A stretch of 64,000 bases of DNA from an uncultured Chloroflexia bacterium (GTDB lineage Bacteria > Chloroflexota > Anaerolineae > CG2-30-64-16): NCBI GenBank assembly GCA_963774265.1, contig CAVZDU010000007.1, positions 480,001-544,000 on the forward strand, written 5' to 3'. The notes under the pieces were generated by a model. The model did not search any database. It saw only the letters and a program-made list of their open reading frames with translations, and was not told where the DNA came from. This document shows, one piece after another, positions 1 through 9,175 of this stretch. The position numbers and the translations under genes are program-made. Each line of letters starts with the position of its first letter. The first letter of the stretch is position 1.

Positions 1-1261
1 CGTGACTCTGCGTGTACACTCTCCGCGGAAATGCCAGCCGGACCAGTTCGTTTGGGGCCGGGCGTTCCGTTCCGTCGGGCTGCAATCCGAACATCACGGA
101 GCCGATCTCCACGCCTCGTACTCCGCCTACCAGATACAGCGCGTTGCACAGAGACCACGCCGGGTATTGCAATGGCGGGATATGCGGCAGCATCGACCCT
201 GCATCGATATACACTGCGTGCCCGCCCGTGGGCAGCACAATGGGCACACCGGCCGCGGTCAGCTTCTCGCCCAGGTAGGCGATGGAGCGGATGCGATAGC
301 GCAGATACCCCTCGTCCAGCGCTTCATACAGTCCTATGGCGATGGCCTCCAGGTCGTAGCCCGCCATGCCGCCGTAAGTCGGGAAGCCCTCGGTCAGGAT
401 CTCCAGGTTGCGACACCGGGCGGCCAGCGCGTCGTCGTTCACGGCCAGGAAGCCGCCGATGTTGGCCATGCCGTCCTTCTTGGCGCTCATCGTGCAGCCA
501 TCCGCGTAGCTGAACAGCTCGCGCGCGATGTCGATCGGCGCAACGTCGGCGTACCCTTCTTCACGCGTCTTGATGAACCAGCTGTTCTCGGCAAAGCGAC
601 ACGCATCGATCAAGAAGGGGAGGCCGTGCTCGTGCGCGATCGCACTGGCCGCGCGAATGTTAGCCATACTCACCGGTTGGCCGCCGCCTGAGTTATTGGT
701 CACCGTTACCATCACCGCAGGTATGCGCTCCGGTCCGATCTCCGTGATCGCGGCGCGCAGCGCATCGAGATCGATATTACCCTTGAACGGATGGATCAGC
801 CGGGGCTGCCGGCCCTCAGCGATCACCAGGTCGCGCGCTTCAGCGCCGCGATTCTCCACGTGAGCGCGCGTGGTGTCGAAGTGGGTGTTGTTAAGCATGA
901 CATCCCCTGGTTTTGCGATGGTGCTAAACAGAATATGCTCGGCCGCACGACCCTGGTGGGTCGGAATGACGTGCTTGAAGCCGGTGATGTCGCGCACGGC
1001 ACGTTCAAAGCGGTAGAACGACTGCGCGCCAGCGTAAGACTCGTCGGACGCGATCATGCCGGCCCACTGGCGCGATGACATCGCACCTGTGCCGCTGTCG
1101 GTCAACAGGTCAATCAGCACGTGCTCGGCCATGAGAAGGAAGGGATTGTAGCCCGCCTCCGCAAGCAGCCGCTCGCGCTCGGAACGCGTGGTGAAGCGGA
1201 TCGGTTCGACGGAGCGGACGCGAAACGGTTCGATGATCGTCTGAGGGTGGAACTCGTCCAT
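1..1261 (-). CDS. tnaA: Tryptophanase (PLP-dependent beta-eliminating lyase), runs off window start
   Basis: Manual translation: MDEFHPQTIIEPFRVRSVEPI..., IDLLTDSGTGAMS, PTHQGRAAE, NTHFDTTR, PLP-lysine motif TMSAKKDGMANIGG, LVRLAFPRRVYTQSH. Confidence 0.9.
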   Translation of the reverse strand, partial: MDEFHPQTIIEPFRVRSVEPIRFTTRSERERLLAEAGYNPFLLMAEHVLIDLLTDSGTGAMSSRQWAGMIASDESYAGAQSFYRFERAVRDITGFKHVIPTHQGRAAEHILFSTIAKPGDVMLNNTHFDTTRAHVENRGAEARDLVIAEGRQPRLIHPFKGNIDLDALRAAITEIGPERIPAVMVTVTNNSGGGQPVSMANIRAASAIAHEHGLPFLIDACRFAENSWFIKTREEGYADVAPIDIARELFSYADGCTMSAKKDGMANIGGFLAVNDDALAARCRNLEILTEGFPTYGGMAGYDLEAIAIGLYEALDEGYLRYRIRSIAYLGEKLTAAGVPIVLPTGGHAVYIDAGSMLPHIPPLQYPAWSLCNALYLVGGVRGVEIGSVMFGLQPDGTERPAPNELVRLAFPRRVYTQSH

Positions 1262-1304
1262 GGAGGCTGCGCTGACTCCTTTCTATAGAGTGGATCCTAT
1301 CGTA

Positions 1305-2186
1305 TCACGAATCCGGCCGGGTCGTGTCTATAGCAGCGGTCAAATGTGCGCCAAAGATGGCGATGAGATTGCTGAGATAGATCCAAAAGAGCACAGCCAC
1401 CACACCGCTCAGGGAGCCATAAACTACCTCGAAGCTCGCCAGGCCGCTTCCCAGATACCAGGTGAATCCAGCGGTCACCGCCTGCCAGGCAGTCGATGCG
1501 ACCAGCGCCCCGATCAGCGCCGCTCGCCCCGTCACCGCAGTGTAAGGCACCCATCGATACAGACCGTAGAACAGGAAGAAGCTGGCCAGCCATGGCACGA
1601 CTTTGGAAAACATTTGCCAGCCGGATGTGAGAAATAACTCTCCGCTAATGGGCAGCACAAGATGGACGCGGGGCAACAGGCTCGTGCCGATGCTGAGGAC
1701 GACCGCCAGAACTAGCAATAGAAACAAGATGCCGGCGATTTTCAGCCCCATGACCCGTAGGCCCACGAAGTTGCGCAACCGGGCCTCGGGCCAGGCCCGG
1801 CCTATGTGGTAGCTGAGTGCGCTGAAGAAGCCGATGCCCGACCAGAGCAGTGTGCCCAACGCGATCAACCCCACCGGTGCGCGCAACCGCAGGATCTGGT
1901 CCAGGTTCTCGCTCAGCACTTCGCTTGGCAGAGGAAACGCGTCCTTGAGAAAGATGCGGAGCTGTGTGTATACACGCTCTTGTTCCAGCAGCAGGCTGCC
2001 CGCAGCAACCAGAAACACCAGAAGTGGAAAGAGCGAGAGGAAGGCGTAATAGGCCATGCCGGCCGCCGCGTCAGAGCCGCGTTGGGCGCTGAAGGTGGCG
2101 AACGTACGCCGCAGACTGGCCGGCGCGCGACCACCCAACCACGCAGCCGCGGCTGTCACCTTAGCCGGCAGATCCCGCACGGCCAT
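1305..2186 (-). CDS. YihY/BrkB family inner membrane protein
   Basis: AAGMAYYAFLSLFPLL and VYGSLSGVVAVLFWIYLS motifs; multiple TM helices; GGGAGG before ATG 2186. Confidence 0.9.
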   Translation of the reverse strand: MAVRDLPAKVTAAAAWLGGRAPASLRRTFATFSAQRGSDAAAGMAYYAFLSLFPLLVFLVAAGSLLLEQERVYTQLRIFLKDAFPLPSEVLSENLDQILRLRAPVGLIALGTLLWSGIGFFSALSYHIGRAWPEARLRNFVGLRVMGLKIAGILFLLLVLAVVLSIGTSLLPRVHLVLPISGELFLTSGWQMFSKVVPWLASFFLFYGLYRWVPYTAVTGRAALIGALVASTAWQAVTAGFTWYLGSGLASFEVVYGSLSGVVAVLFWIYLSNLIAIFGAHLTAAIDTTRPDS

Positions 2187-2331
2187 GTCTCGCCCTCCCA
2201 TGCTTCGTCAGTGACCTGGCGCCCCTGAGGGTTGGGACGCCGGGCCAGCATCTCCCGCCAACCGGTGTTAACGTTACCCCAAAATGGGCAGAAAGACAAA
2301 TGAATGTGGGTTAAAAAGAGATAGAATATAC

Positions 2332-2360
2332 TTGACAAGTAAATAATACTATACTATCAT
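2332..2360 (+). promoter_or_regulatory. Sigma70-type promoter for antitoxin gene
   Basis: TTGACA (2332) - 17 bp - TATCAT (2355) in an AT-rich stretch. Confidence 0.6.
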
Positions 2361-2390
2361 GTGGCTACTCTCATTCCCACGGAGGTCACG

Positions 2391-2621
2391 ATGCCGTACG
2401 TTGGAATTAAGGAACTTAAGAATCAGACCACGGAGATTTTGCGCGGGGTGCGTGAAGACGGCTTGGAGTATGTCGTGACATTTCACGGCCGGCCCGTGGC
2501 CGTACTCCTGCCGATCAATCAGGACGTTCTGGAAGAGGAGCAGTCGCGCATGGTGCGGTCAACGCTGCCGAGCCCCAGGATTATCTCCGAGGTTCGCGCG
2601 GCAGCATCGGCTGCATTTTGA
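2391..2621 (+). CDS. Phd/YefM family antitoxin
   Basis: VGIKELKNQTTEILRGV...YVVTFHGRPVAVLLP; GGAGG RBS. Confidence 0.85.
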   Translation: MPYVGIKELKNQTTEILRGVREDGLEYVVTFHGRPVAVLLPINQDVLEEEQSRMVRSTLPSPRIISEVRAAASAAF

Positions 2622-3900
2622 CGCTGACGAATGGGATGGTCTGCGGGCCTTCCGGGAGAACACAAATCGACGCCGCGCAGCCATGGCGAGCCAGCAGCCG
2701 GCTGACGGTGTCCTCGATGCGCGCGCATGGCTTGAGAAGCGCCGACTCGATCTGGGCAGGTGTCAGATTGTCCGTGCGAACGTAGACCTCCGCCTTCATT
2801 AGAATCTGCGCCTGGATCTGCGCCTGCCATTGGTCCTGCTTGAGAAACCCCGGTTGCATGATCGTCTCCAGCAAAGCAGCCGGATTGTCAACGCCCCTTA
2901 GAAGCTCGCCATACAAACCATGGTCCGGGATGCCGTCGGAGCACTCGGCCGCGATGATGATCGCGCCCCCTGGCTTCACGACCTGCGCGGCTGCGCTCAT
3001 GCCTTTGACCGTCTGATACAGATTCTGGTCAAGCGGGTAGCCTGAGTTCGTCGTAATGACGATGTCGAAGGGGTGCGGTACGGGCGTCATGGCGGTCCGC
3101 TTGACGAATGCGCAGCCCGCCGCATGGGCCAATGCCAGGTCCCCCGCGAAAACTCCCGTGATCTGCCTGTCGCGGTTCATCGTCACATTGACCAGGAACA
3201 GCGGGCCCGCGCTCAGCGCCACCTCGGTGATCTCCCCCCAGATCGGATTGCCCTGCGTCACGCCCCAGGTGGCGTTGGGATCAGCGATCATCCCCGCATC
3301 GTGGTTGCCCAGGACGGTTCGGAGTCCTGCCATTCCCGGCATGATGGCCTTGCCGCCGCCGGAAAACCCGGCGAAAAAATGCGGCTCGATGAACCCGGTG
3401 AGAATCTTCAGGTCGCAGGCCAGCATCTCGCTGTTGAGCCAGATTTCGTGACCCCGCGACGAGAGACCGACGTACGATTGTGTTGATGGATCGAAGGCGT
3501 CGTTCTGGACGATGCGGTAGGTCCGGACCAGCTCCTCGCCCAACATCTCGATCAGCTCGGCTTCGGAGTTGCGGCGATGGGTGCCCAGCGCCTCGAAGAG
3601 CGTGATATCTCCGGCTGCGACGCCGGCCGCAGCCAGCTCGTCGAGTATGGGGGGCAGGATGGCCTCGTGGGGCGTCGCGCGGGTGATATCGCTGAAGATG
3701 ACACCCACTCGCATGCCCGGCCTGACCTGTTCAACCAGCGGCCGCGTCCCGATGGGTTGTGCAAGGGCTGCCCTGACTGGGCCTCCACGCGCTGCATCGG
3801 GCAAGCCCGGCACATAGACTGGTTCAACCAGCGTCACCCCGGCGCCATCAGGCAAATCGAGGCCCAGGCTGCCCTTTCCGTAGACGAGCTCGAAATGCAT
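2581..3900 (-). CDS. larA: LarA family nickel-pincer racemase/epimerase
   Basis: SDITRATP, ALGTHR, GFIEPHFFAGFSGGGK, GYPLDQNLYQTVKG motifs. Confidence 0.88.
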   Translation of the reverse strand: MHFELVYGKGSLGLDLPDGAGVTLVEPVYVPGLPDAARGGPVRAALAQPIGTRPLVEQVRPGMRVGVIFSDITRATPHEAILPPILDELAAAGVAAGDITLFEALGTHRRNSEAELIEMLGEELVRTYRIVQNDAFDPSTQSYVGLSSRGHEIWLNSEMLACDLKILTGFIEPHFFAGFSGGGKAIMPGMAGLRTVLGNHDAGMIADPNATWGVTQGNPIWGEITEVALSAGPLFLVNVTMNRDRQITGVFAGDLALAHAAGCAFVKRTAMTPVPHPFDIVITTNSGYPLDQNLYQTVKGMSAAAQVVKPGGAIIIAAECSDGIPDHGLYGELLRGVDNPAALLETIMQPGFLKQDQWQAQIQAQILMKAEVYVRTDNLTPAQIESALLKPCARIEDTVSRLLARHGCAASICVLPEGPQTIPFVSVKMQPMLPREPRR

Positions 3901-4009
3901 TGATCCCCATTCCCTTTCCTGGCCCCCGGAGTCAATCGCTTCCGGTGAGCCAACCATGCCAAAATCATACTGCACAGGCTGCTTACTCGCAAGCCGCCCT
4001 CAGCGATTT

Positions 4010-4049
4010 CGTCACATGGCCTATACACCTTCTTCACGCCTTCTCCACA
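4010..4049 (+). promoter_or_regulatory. Four 11-bp-phased direct repeats (OmpR-type boxes)
   Basis: CGTCACA/CTATACA/CTTCACG/CTCCACA at 4010, 4021, 4032, 4043. Confidence 0.55.
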
Positions 4050-4147
4050 ACTTTGCGCGACCATCATCCGTGCGCCATAATGACGCGACCCAGGCCACGG
4101 CCTGGGTCGTGGCCCGCCATCCGGCGCGCAACGTCAGTGGAGGCTCC

Positions 4148-4837
4148 ATGACTGCGAAGATCCTCGTCGTCGACGACGAAGCCAAAATAGTTAAACTCGT
4201 CCGCTCTTACCTCGAACAGGGCGGTTTCTCCGTGGTCGAGGCCGGCGACGGCCAGACCGCACTCATTCAGGCGCGGCGAGAGAAGCCCGATCTGGTGGTG
4301 CTCGATCTCGGCTTGCCCGGCATCGATGGCATGGAAGTCGCCCGCATTTTACGCCGCGAGCGCAACGTCCCAATCATCATGCTCACAGCGCGTATCGAAG
4401 ACACCGACAAGATCGTGGGCCTGGAATTGGGCGCCGACGACTATATCACCAAGCCCTTCAACCCGCGCGAGGTCGTCGCACGCGTCCGCGCGGTCCTCCG
4501 GCGGAGCACATCCGCACCCGAGATGCTGCCTGAGACCCTCAGCGCCGGACCCCTGGTGCTCGATCAGGCGGGGCATACCGCGACGATCGATGGTCACGTT
4601 CTCGACCTGACCCCTACCGAGTTCGATCTGCTATCTATCTTGCTCCAGAACCCAGGCCGCGCCTTCACACGGTTGGAGCTGCTCGATCGGGTGCAGGGCG
4701 ATGCATACGAGGGCTACGAGCGCACGATCGACGCTCATATCAAGAACGTGCGCGCCAAATTGGGCGACGACCCTCGTCATCCGCGTTTTATCCAGACTGT
4801 GTTCGGTGTTGGTTATAAGTTGGGAGCCGATCTGTGA
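4148..4837 (+). CDS. OmpR/PhoB family response regulator
   Basis: Receiver ILVVDDE...DLVVLDLGLP...GADDYITKPF and winged helix RTIDAHIKNVRAKL...TVFGVGY. Confidence 0.95.
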   Translation: MTAKILVVDDEAKIVKLVRSYLEQGGFSVVEAGDGQTALIQARREKPDLVVLDLGLPGIDGMEVARILRRERNVPIIMLTARIEDTDKIVGLELGADDYITKPFNPREVVARVRAVLRRSTSAPEMLPETLSAGPLVLDQAGHTATIDGHVLDLTPTEFDLLSILLQNPGRAFTRLELLDRVQGDAYEGYERTIDAHIKNVRAKLGDDPRHPRFIQTVFGVGYKLGADL

Positions 4838-6216
4838 ACCGACTATGGGTCAAGCTCACCGCGGCATTCCTCGTCATCGCCTTGGCAGCCATCGGCGTGG
4901 TGGCCCTTCTCACGTTGCGCACAACGGATAATCAGTTCCGCCAATACGTCGTTGCATCCGGGATGGGCTCGCAGGATGCCATCGCGGAGTCCCTGACTGA
5001 CTACTATGCCAGGAATGGAAGCTGGGTCGGCGTGGATTCGCTTCTGGCCGGATTAGGTCCGGGGAGCATGGGGATGGGCATGGGACGCGGCCGCAGCGGA
5101 ACCGGCATGACGGGTCCGACCCTCGCAGTGGCCGATCCCGAAGGCCGCGTGGTCGCGAGCAGGACCGGCGAGTTGATGGGGGAGGTGCTTCCAGGGGAAG
5201 TCCTCAGCCAAGGCATCGCTTTGACTCAGAACGGACAGCGTATCGGGACACTGCTGAACGTTCGGCCCAGTGATGTTGTCCTTGATGCGCAGGCGGAGAC
5301 TTTCCTCCGCCAGGTGCAGTCATCATTGCTATGGGCAGCGCTTGGGGCCGCCGCGCTCTCTCTTGTGTTGGGGGTCCTGCTCAGCCGGCTGCTGACCGCG
5401 CCCCTCGTCCGCCTGACACACGCCGCACAAGCGGTTGCGGCAGGCGATCTTACGCAGCGTGTCGATATCCGTTCACGTGACGAGACCGGCGAGCTGGGAA
5501 GCGCTTTTAATGAGATGGCAGCCAGCCTGTCGGAGGCCGAAACGATGCGGCGAAACCTCATCGCGGATATCTCCCACGAGCTGCGCACACCGCTGAGTGT
5601 TGTTCAGGGCAACCTGCAGGCACTCCTCGACGGCGTCTACCCGTTGGAGATGGCGCAGGTGGCGAGCCTGTACGACGAGACGCGGCTCCTCACCCGCCTG
5701 GTCGATGATCTTCACGATCTCGCGCTTGCCGATGCGGGCCAGCTCCGCCTGGAGCATTTTCCTGTTGATGTGAACGGCCTGGCGGCCGCGGCCATTGCGC
5801 AGTTCACACCGCTTGCGGAAACCTCCGGTGTCCGTCTGGAGCTGTCGACGGATGAAGGCGCACCCCCCGTGCTCGGCGACGCGGACCGCCTCGCGCAGGT
5901 CTTGCGTAACCTCCTGAGCAACGCGCTTCGCCATACGCCGGCCGGCGGTCGCGTGTCCCTGCGTGTAACCCACGCGGAGCGGCAGATCCGGATGCAGGTC
6001 GCGGATACCGGCTCAGGCATCAGCCCCGAAGACTTGCCCCATGTTTTTGACCGGTTCTATCGGGGGGACAGAAGCCGCAGCCGTCGCGGCGGTGGCGCGG
6101 GTTTGGGCCTGGCCATCGCGCGCCAGCTGATCGCGGGCCACGGCGGGAATCTCACCGTCACGAGCCAACCAGGTGAGGGGGCTGCCTTCACCATCACCTT
6201 GCCCATCCTGCAGTAG
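4834..6216 (+). CDS. HAMP-domain sensor histidine kinase (BaeS/CusS-like)
   Basis: Two TM helices, HAMP, H-box DISHELRTPL, N-box NLLSNALRH, G boxes DTGSGI and GAGLGL. Confidence 0.95.
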   Translation: MNRLWVKLTAAFLVIALAAIGVVALLTLRTTDNQFRQYVVASGMGSQDAIAESLTDYYARNGSWVGVDSLLAGLGPGSMGMGMGRGRSGTGMTGPTLAVADPEGRVVASRTGELMGEVLPGEVLSQGIALTQNGQRIGTLLNVRPSDVVLDAQAETFLRQVQSSLLWAALGAAALSLVLGVLLSRLLTAPLVRLTHAAQAVAAGDLTQRVDIRSRDETGELGSAFNEMAASLSEAETMRRNLIADISHELRTPLSVVQGNLQALLDGVYPLEMAQVASLYDETRLLTRLVDDLHDLALADAGQLRLEHFPVDVNGLAAAAIAQFTPLAETSGVRLELSTDEGAPPVLGDADRLAQVLRNLLSNALRHTPAGGRVSLRVTHAERQIRMQVADTGSGISPEDLPHVFDRFYRGDRSRSRRGGGAGLGLAIARQLIAGHGGNLTVTSQPGEGAAFTITLPILQ

Positions 6217-6367
6217 GCGGAGCGCAACATGGGAGCGACATGCGTGTCTCTGTGCTTTCACTTGCAAGTGCCTGTCACCTTTTTGGCGCGAGGTGCATCA
6301 AATCCTCTGCCGGGCAAGCCAAGCTCCGGCAGTGATCATTCGGATTCAATCGATTACGGAGGATATG

Positions 6368-6778
6368 ATGGGCGAATCGGTGAAGACAACCGTTGGGCGG
6401 ACTGTCCGCCTGGAGACTGACTTTGCATCCGCGCTGGCGCGCGTCACGGAGGCGTTGAAGGCCGAGGGCTTTGGCATCCTGACCGAGATCGATGTCAAAG
6501 AGACACTCAGGAAGAAGCTCGATGTCGATTTTCGGCCCTACAAGATTTTGGGCGCGTGCAATCCCCCCCTCGCGTATCGTGCGCTGTCCGCCGCGCCGGA
6601 GGTGGGGTTGCTGCTGCCGTGCAACGTGACGGTGGCTCACGTTGAAGATGGCGTCACCGACGTCTCCCTGGTGGACCCACTGGCTATGCTTGGTGTCGTG
6701 GACTACGCGGACCTGAAATTGATCGCCGAAGAAGCTGCGGCCCGGCTGGATCGCGTCGCGGCCGCCCTGCAAAGCTAA
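6368..6778 (+). CDS. DUF302 domain protein
   Basis: GFGILTEIDV...YKILGACNP...GLLLPCNVTV signature. Confidence 0.9.
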   Translation: MGESVKTTVGRTVRLETDFASALARVTEALKAEGFGILTEIDVKETLRKKLDVDFRPYKILGACNPPLAYRALSAAPEVGLLLPCNVTVAHVEDGVTDVSLVDPLAMLGVVDYADLKLIAEEAAARLDRVAAALQS

Positions 6779-6791
6779 GAGGATTTCGAGA

Positions 6792-6995
6792 ATGCCCCTG
6801 TACGAGTTTCAATGCATCGACTGCCAGGATGAGTTCGAAGAATTGGTGCGATCATCGGGCGCGGTCGCTGAAGTGAAATGCCCGGAATGCGGCAGCCAAC
6901 ATGTGCGCCGCAAGGTCTCGCTGTTTGCATCCAAGGTGAGTGGTGGGGGTTTGGCCGCACCTGCGGCCGCTTCCTGCGCGCCCAGCGGAACCTGA
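6792..6995 (+). CDS. FmdB family zinc ribbon protein
   Basis: MPLYEFQCIDC...CPECGS. Confidence 0.9.
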   Translation: MPLYEFQCIDCQDEFEELVRSSGAVAEVKCPECGSQHVRRKVSLFASKVSGGGLAAPAAASCAPSGT

Positions 6996-7032
6996 GGGCT
7001 CCGTCACTAGGCCGGCCGTGCGCCGGCACCAT

Positions 7033-7080
7033 AAGAAAGCGCCTGGCTGCACCTTATGGGGAGCGCCAGGCGCTTTTCTT
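7033..7080. terminator. Bidirectional intrinsic terminator
   Basis: AAGAAAGCGCCTGGC...GCCAGGCGCTTTTCTT between convergent genes. Confidence 0.7.
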
Positions 7081-7109
7081 TACGCCGCGATGATCTTCAC
7101 GCCGCGTCG

Positions 7110-7514
7110 TCACGCCGCGGCGATCGTCGTCGTTACGGCGAACTGCGGCGGGTTCTCCAGGTGTTTCTTGACCGTACACTGATCCGCGGCTCGAATCACC
7201 GCTTCCTTATACTTCTCCGGAAACTCGGGCGGCAGCTGGATCTCCAGGAAGATTTTCGAGATCATGTGCGTGCGAGGGTCGCTTTCCATGCGTTGCACGA
7301 TCCGAATGCCGTCCGTGGGCACGCCGCGCTGGCGGCAGAAACCGAGAACGAAAATGCCCGCACACGTGCCGATCGATGCCAGGAAAAGCGAGAACGGTGC
7401 GGGGGCAGAGCCCTCTCCGCCGGCGGCCGCGGGCTGATCCGTCTTCACGGTGTACGGGCCAAAATGGGCGTCCACCCGCGCGCCACCCGGAAAATCGATA
7501 ATGAATTCATTCAT
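7110..7514 (-). CDS. OsmC-like family protein
   Basis: TDQP..GG.GSAPAP..LFLASIGTC...CTVKKHL. Confidence 0.9.
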   Translation of the reverse strand: MNEFIIDFPGGARVDAHFGPYTVKTDQPAAAGGEGSAPAPFSLFLASIGTCAGIFVLGFCRQRGVPTDGIRIVQRMESDPRTHMISKIFLEIQLPPEFPEKYKEAVIRAADQCTVKKHLENPPQFAVTTTIAAA

Positions 7515-7592
7515 GGGGAGTCCATCCTTTGTCGATAGCGTCATTCGCAACAAAGGTTAGGATGCAGTACACGCGGCGAGGTTACATCGCAT

Positions 7593-7622
7593 CTTCAAGC
7601 GATACTTCACAAAATCTTCACA
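7593..7622 (+). promoter_or_regulatory. Phased CTTCACA direct repeats
   Basis: CTTCAAG 7593, CTTCACA 7605, CTTCACA 7616. Confidence 0.55.
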
Positions 7623-7725
7623 GCTTGCACATCGTTCCTTCTCGCGCATTCTCTATCATCAACGTCGGCGCCCCACTACGACGGTCTCCAGCCTGGGCGT
7701 TACCTTTATGTAGGAGGAGTGGTTG

Positions 7726-8637
7726 ATGACAACTGCACTGCAAACCGGTAATTTCGGCAAGGTCAAGCCGCGGCGCACAGGCCTGGCCGCGTTTTTGACT
7801 CATCACACCTTTCGCCGCCTGACTCAGCTGGGTGTGTTCCTGTTCATCGCAGCGATCGCCATCCGGCATCTGCTCGTCGGAGAAGCCGGCGCGACGATCA
7901 CCGCGTCCTGGGAGGCGTATTGCCCCATGGGCGGACTGGAAACCCTTTACAAATACATTACGAGCGGGGGCAGCTATGTCTCGCACGTGCACCTGTCCAA
8001 CATGGTCGTGCTGGTCGCCACCCTCGCGGTCTCGCTCGTTGCCCGCAATGCCTTCTGCGGCTGGCTCTGCCCGTTTGGGTTTATCCAGGACATGGTGAGC
8101 CGCTTCTCGGTCTTCGTGCAGAAGCGCCTGCCGCCCGTGCGCAAGGCCGTGAAAACGCTCAAGGCCCGCGGCTCGAAACTGGCGGTGCTCGATCGCTACC
8201 TGCGCTTCCTCAAGTACGGGGTGCTGGTCTGGGCGGTTGGGGGCGCGGCTGCCTACGGATTCATGGTTTTCCGCGATGTCGATCCCTGGGCTGCACTGTG
8301 GAACCTGCTCGAGCTGAGCGCGAGTGCAGGCCTGGCCGTTCTCGTGGTCGTGCTGATCGCGTCGCTCTTTGTGGAGCGTCCCTGGTGCCGCTATGCCTGT
8401 CCGCTGGGCGCAGCCACCGGCATCCTCAGCAAATTGAGCCCTCTCTACCTCAAGCGCGAATCCGATGCCTGCAAGAACTGCGCCATCTGCACGAAAGCCT
8501 GCCCGATGGGGCTGCCTGTCCACACTGCGACGACTATCAAGAGCGTCGACTGTATCGGGTGCATGGAATGCGTCGATGAGTGCCCGCGCGAAGGAGCACT
8601 CGAACTCAAACTCGGTGTGCCGGTCTTCGGCAAGTGA
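7726..8637 (+). CDS. Membrane 4Fe-4S binding protein (NapH/YccM-like)
   Basis: EAYCPMGG, FCGWLCPFG, WCRYACPLG, and two CxxCxxCxxxCP motifs. Confidence 0.9.
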   Translation: MTTALQTGNFGKVKPRRTGLAAFLTHHTFRRLTQLGVFLFIAAIAIRHLLVGEAGATITASWEAYCPMGGLETLYKYITSGGSYVSHVHLSNMVVLVATLAVSLVARNAFCGWLCPFGFIQDMVSRFSVFVQKRLPPVRKAVKTLKARGSKLAVLDRYLRFLKYGVLVWAVGGAAAYGFMVFRDVDPWAALWNLLELSASAGLAVLVVVLIASLFVERPWCRYACPLGAATGILSKLSPLYLKRESDACKNCAICTKACPMGLPVHTATTIKSVDCIGCMECVDECPREGALELKLGVPVFGK

Positions 8638-8674
8638 GACACACAACAACTACGAGATCAACGGGAGCTATGCA

Positions 8675-9010
8675 ATGAAAGTCAATCCTTTCGTCTTCGG
8701 ATTTCTCATCCTGGTGCTCTTCTTCGGCCTCATCGGCGGTGCGAAGGCCCTGGGGGTCTGGTCCGTGTCCGGGAAACTCACGTCCACCGGCGAGAAAGCG
8801 CTGCCCATCGGTCAGAGCGTCGACGAGATCAAGGGCTGGATGACGCTGGGCGACATATCCACGGCCTACAATGTGCCCCTGGAAGAGATTCTGGCCGCGT
8901 TCGAGTTGCCCGCTGACACGCCGGCCACGACGCAACTCAAGTCGTTGGAGACCGACACATTCTCGGTGACGGACCTGCGCACCTGGCTGGCGGCCCGGTT
9001 GGGTCAGTAA
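8675..9010 (+). CDS. Membrane-anchored hypothetical protein
   Basis: N-terminal TM helix then IKGWMTL.DIS.AY domain; follows the 4Fe-4S gene. Confidence 0.7.
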   Translation: MKVNPFVFGFLILVLFFGLIGGAKALGVWSVSGKLTSTGEKALPIGQSVDEIKGWMTLGDISTAYNVPLEEILAAFELPADTPATTQLKSLETDTFSVTDLRTWLAARLGQ

Positions 9011-9056
9011 CTGGGAGCATGCCTGTGGGGCGGAACTTGTCTGGGGTCTGAACCGT

Positions 9057-9111
9057 TTTCACCGCAGCCCCACAACTTGTTCACCACTTCTTCACATCTC
9101 GGCGGTATAGT
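9057..9111 (+). promoter_or_regulatory. Four 11-bp-phased repeats plus -10 box
   Basis: TTTCACC 9057, CCCCACA 9068, GTTCACC 9079, CTTCACA 9090; TATAGT 9106. Confidence 0.6.
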
Positions 9112-9175
9112 AAGGTTGGGTCGGTCGTAGAAGACCGACCCAACACACCAGATTCACCATATGGAGGGAAATACA

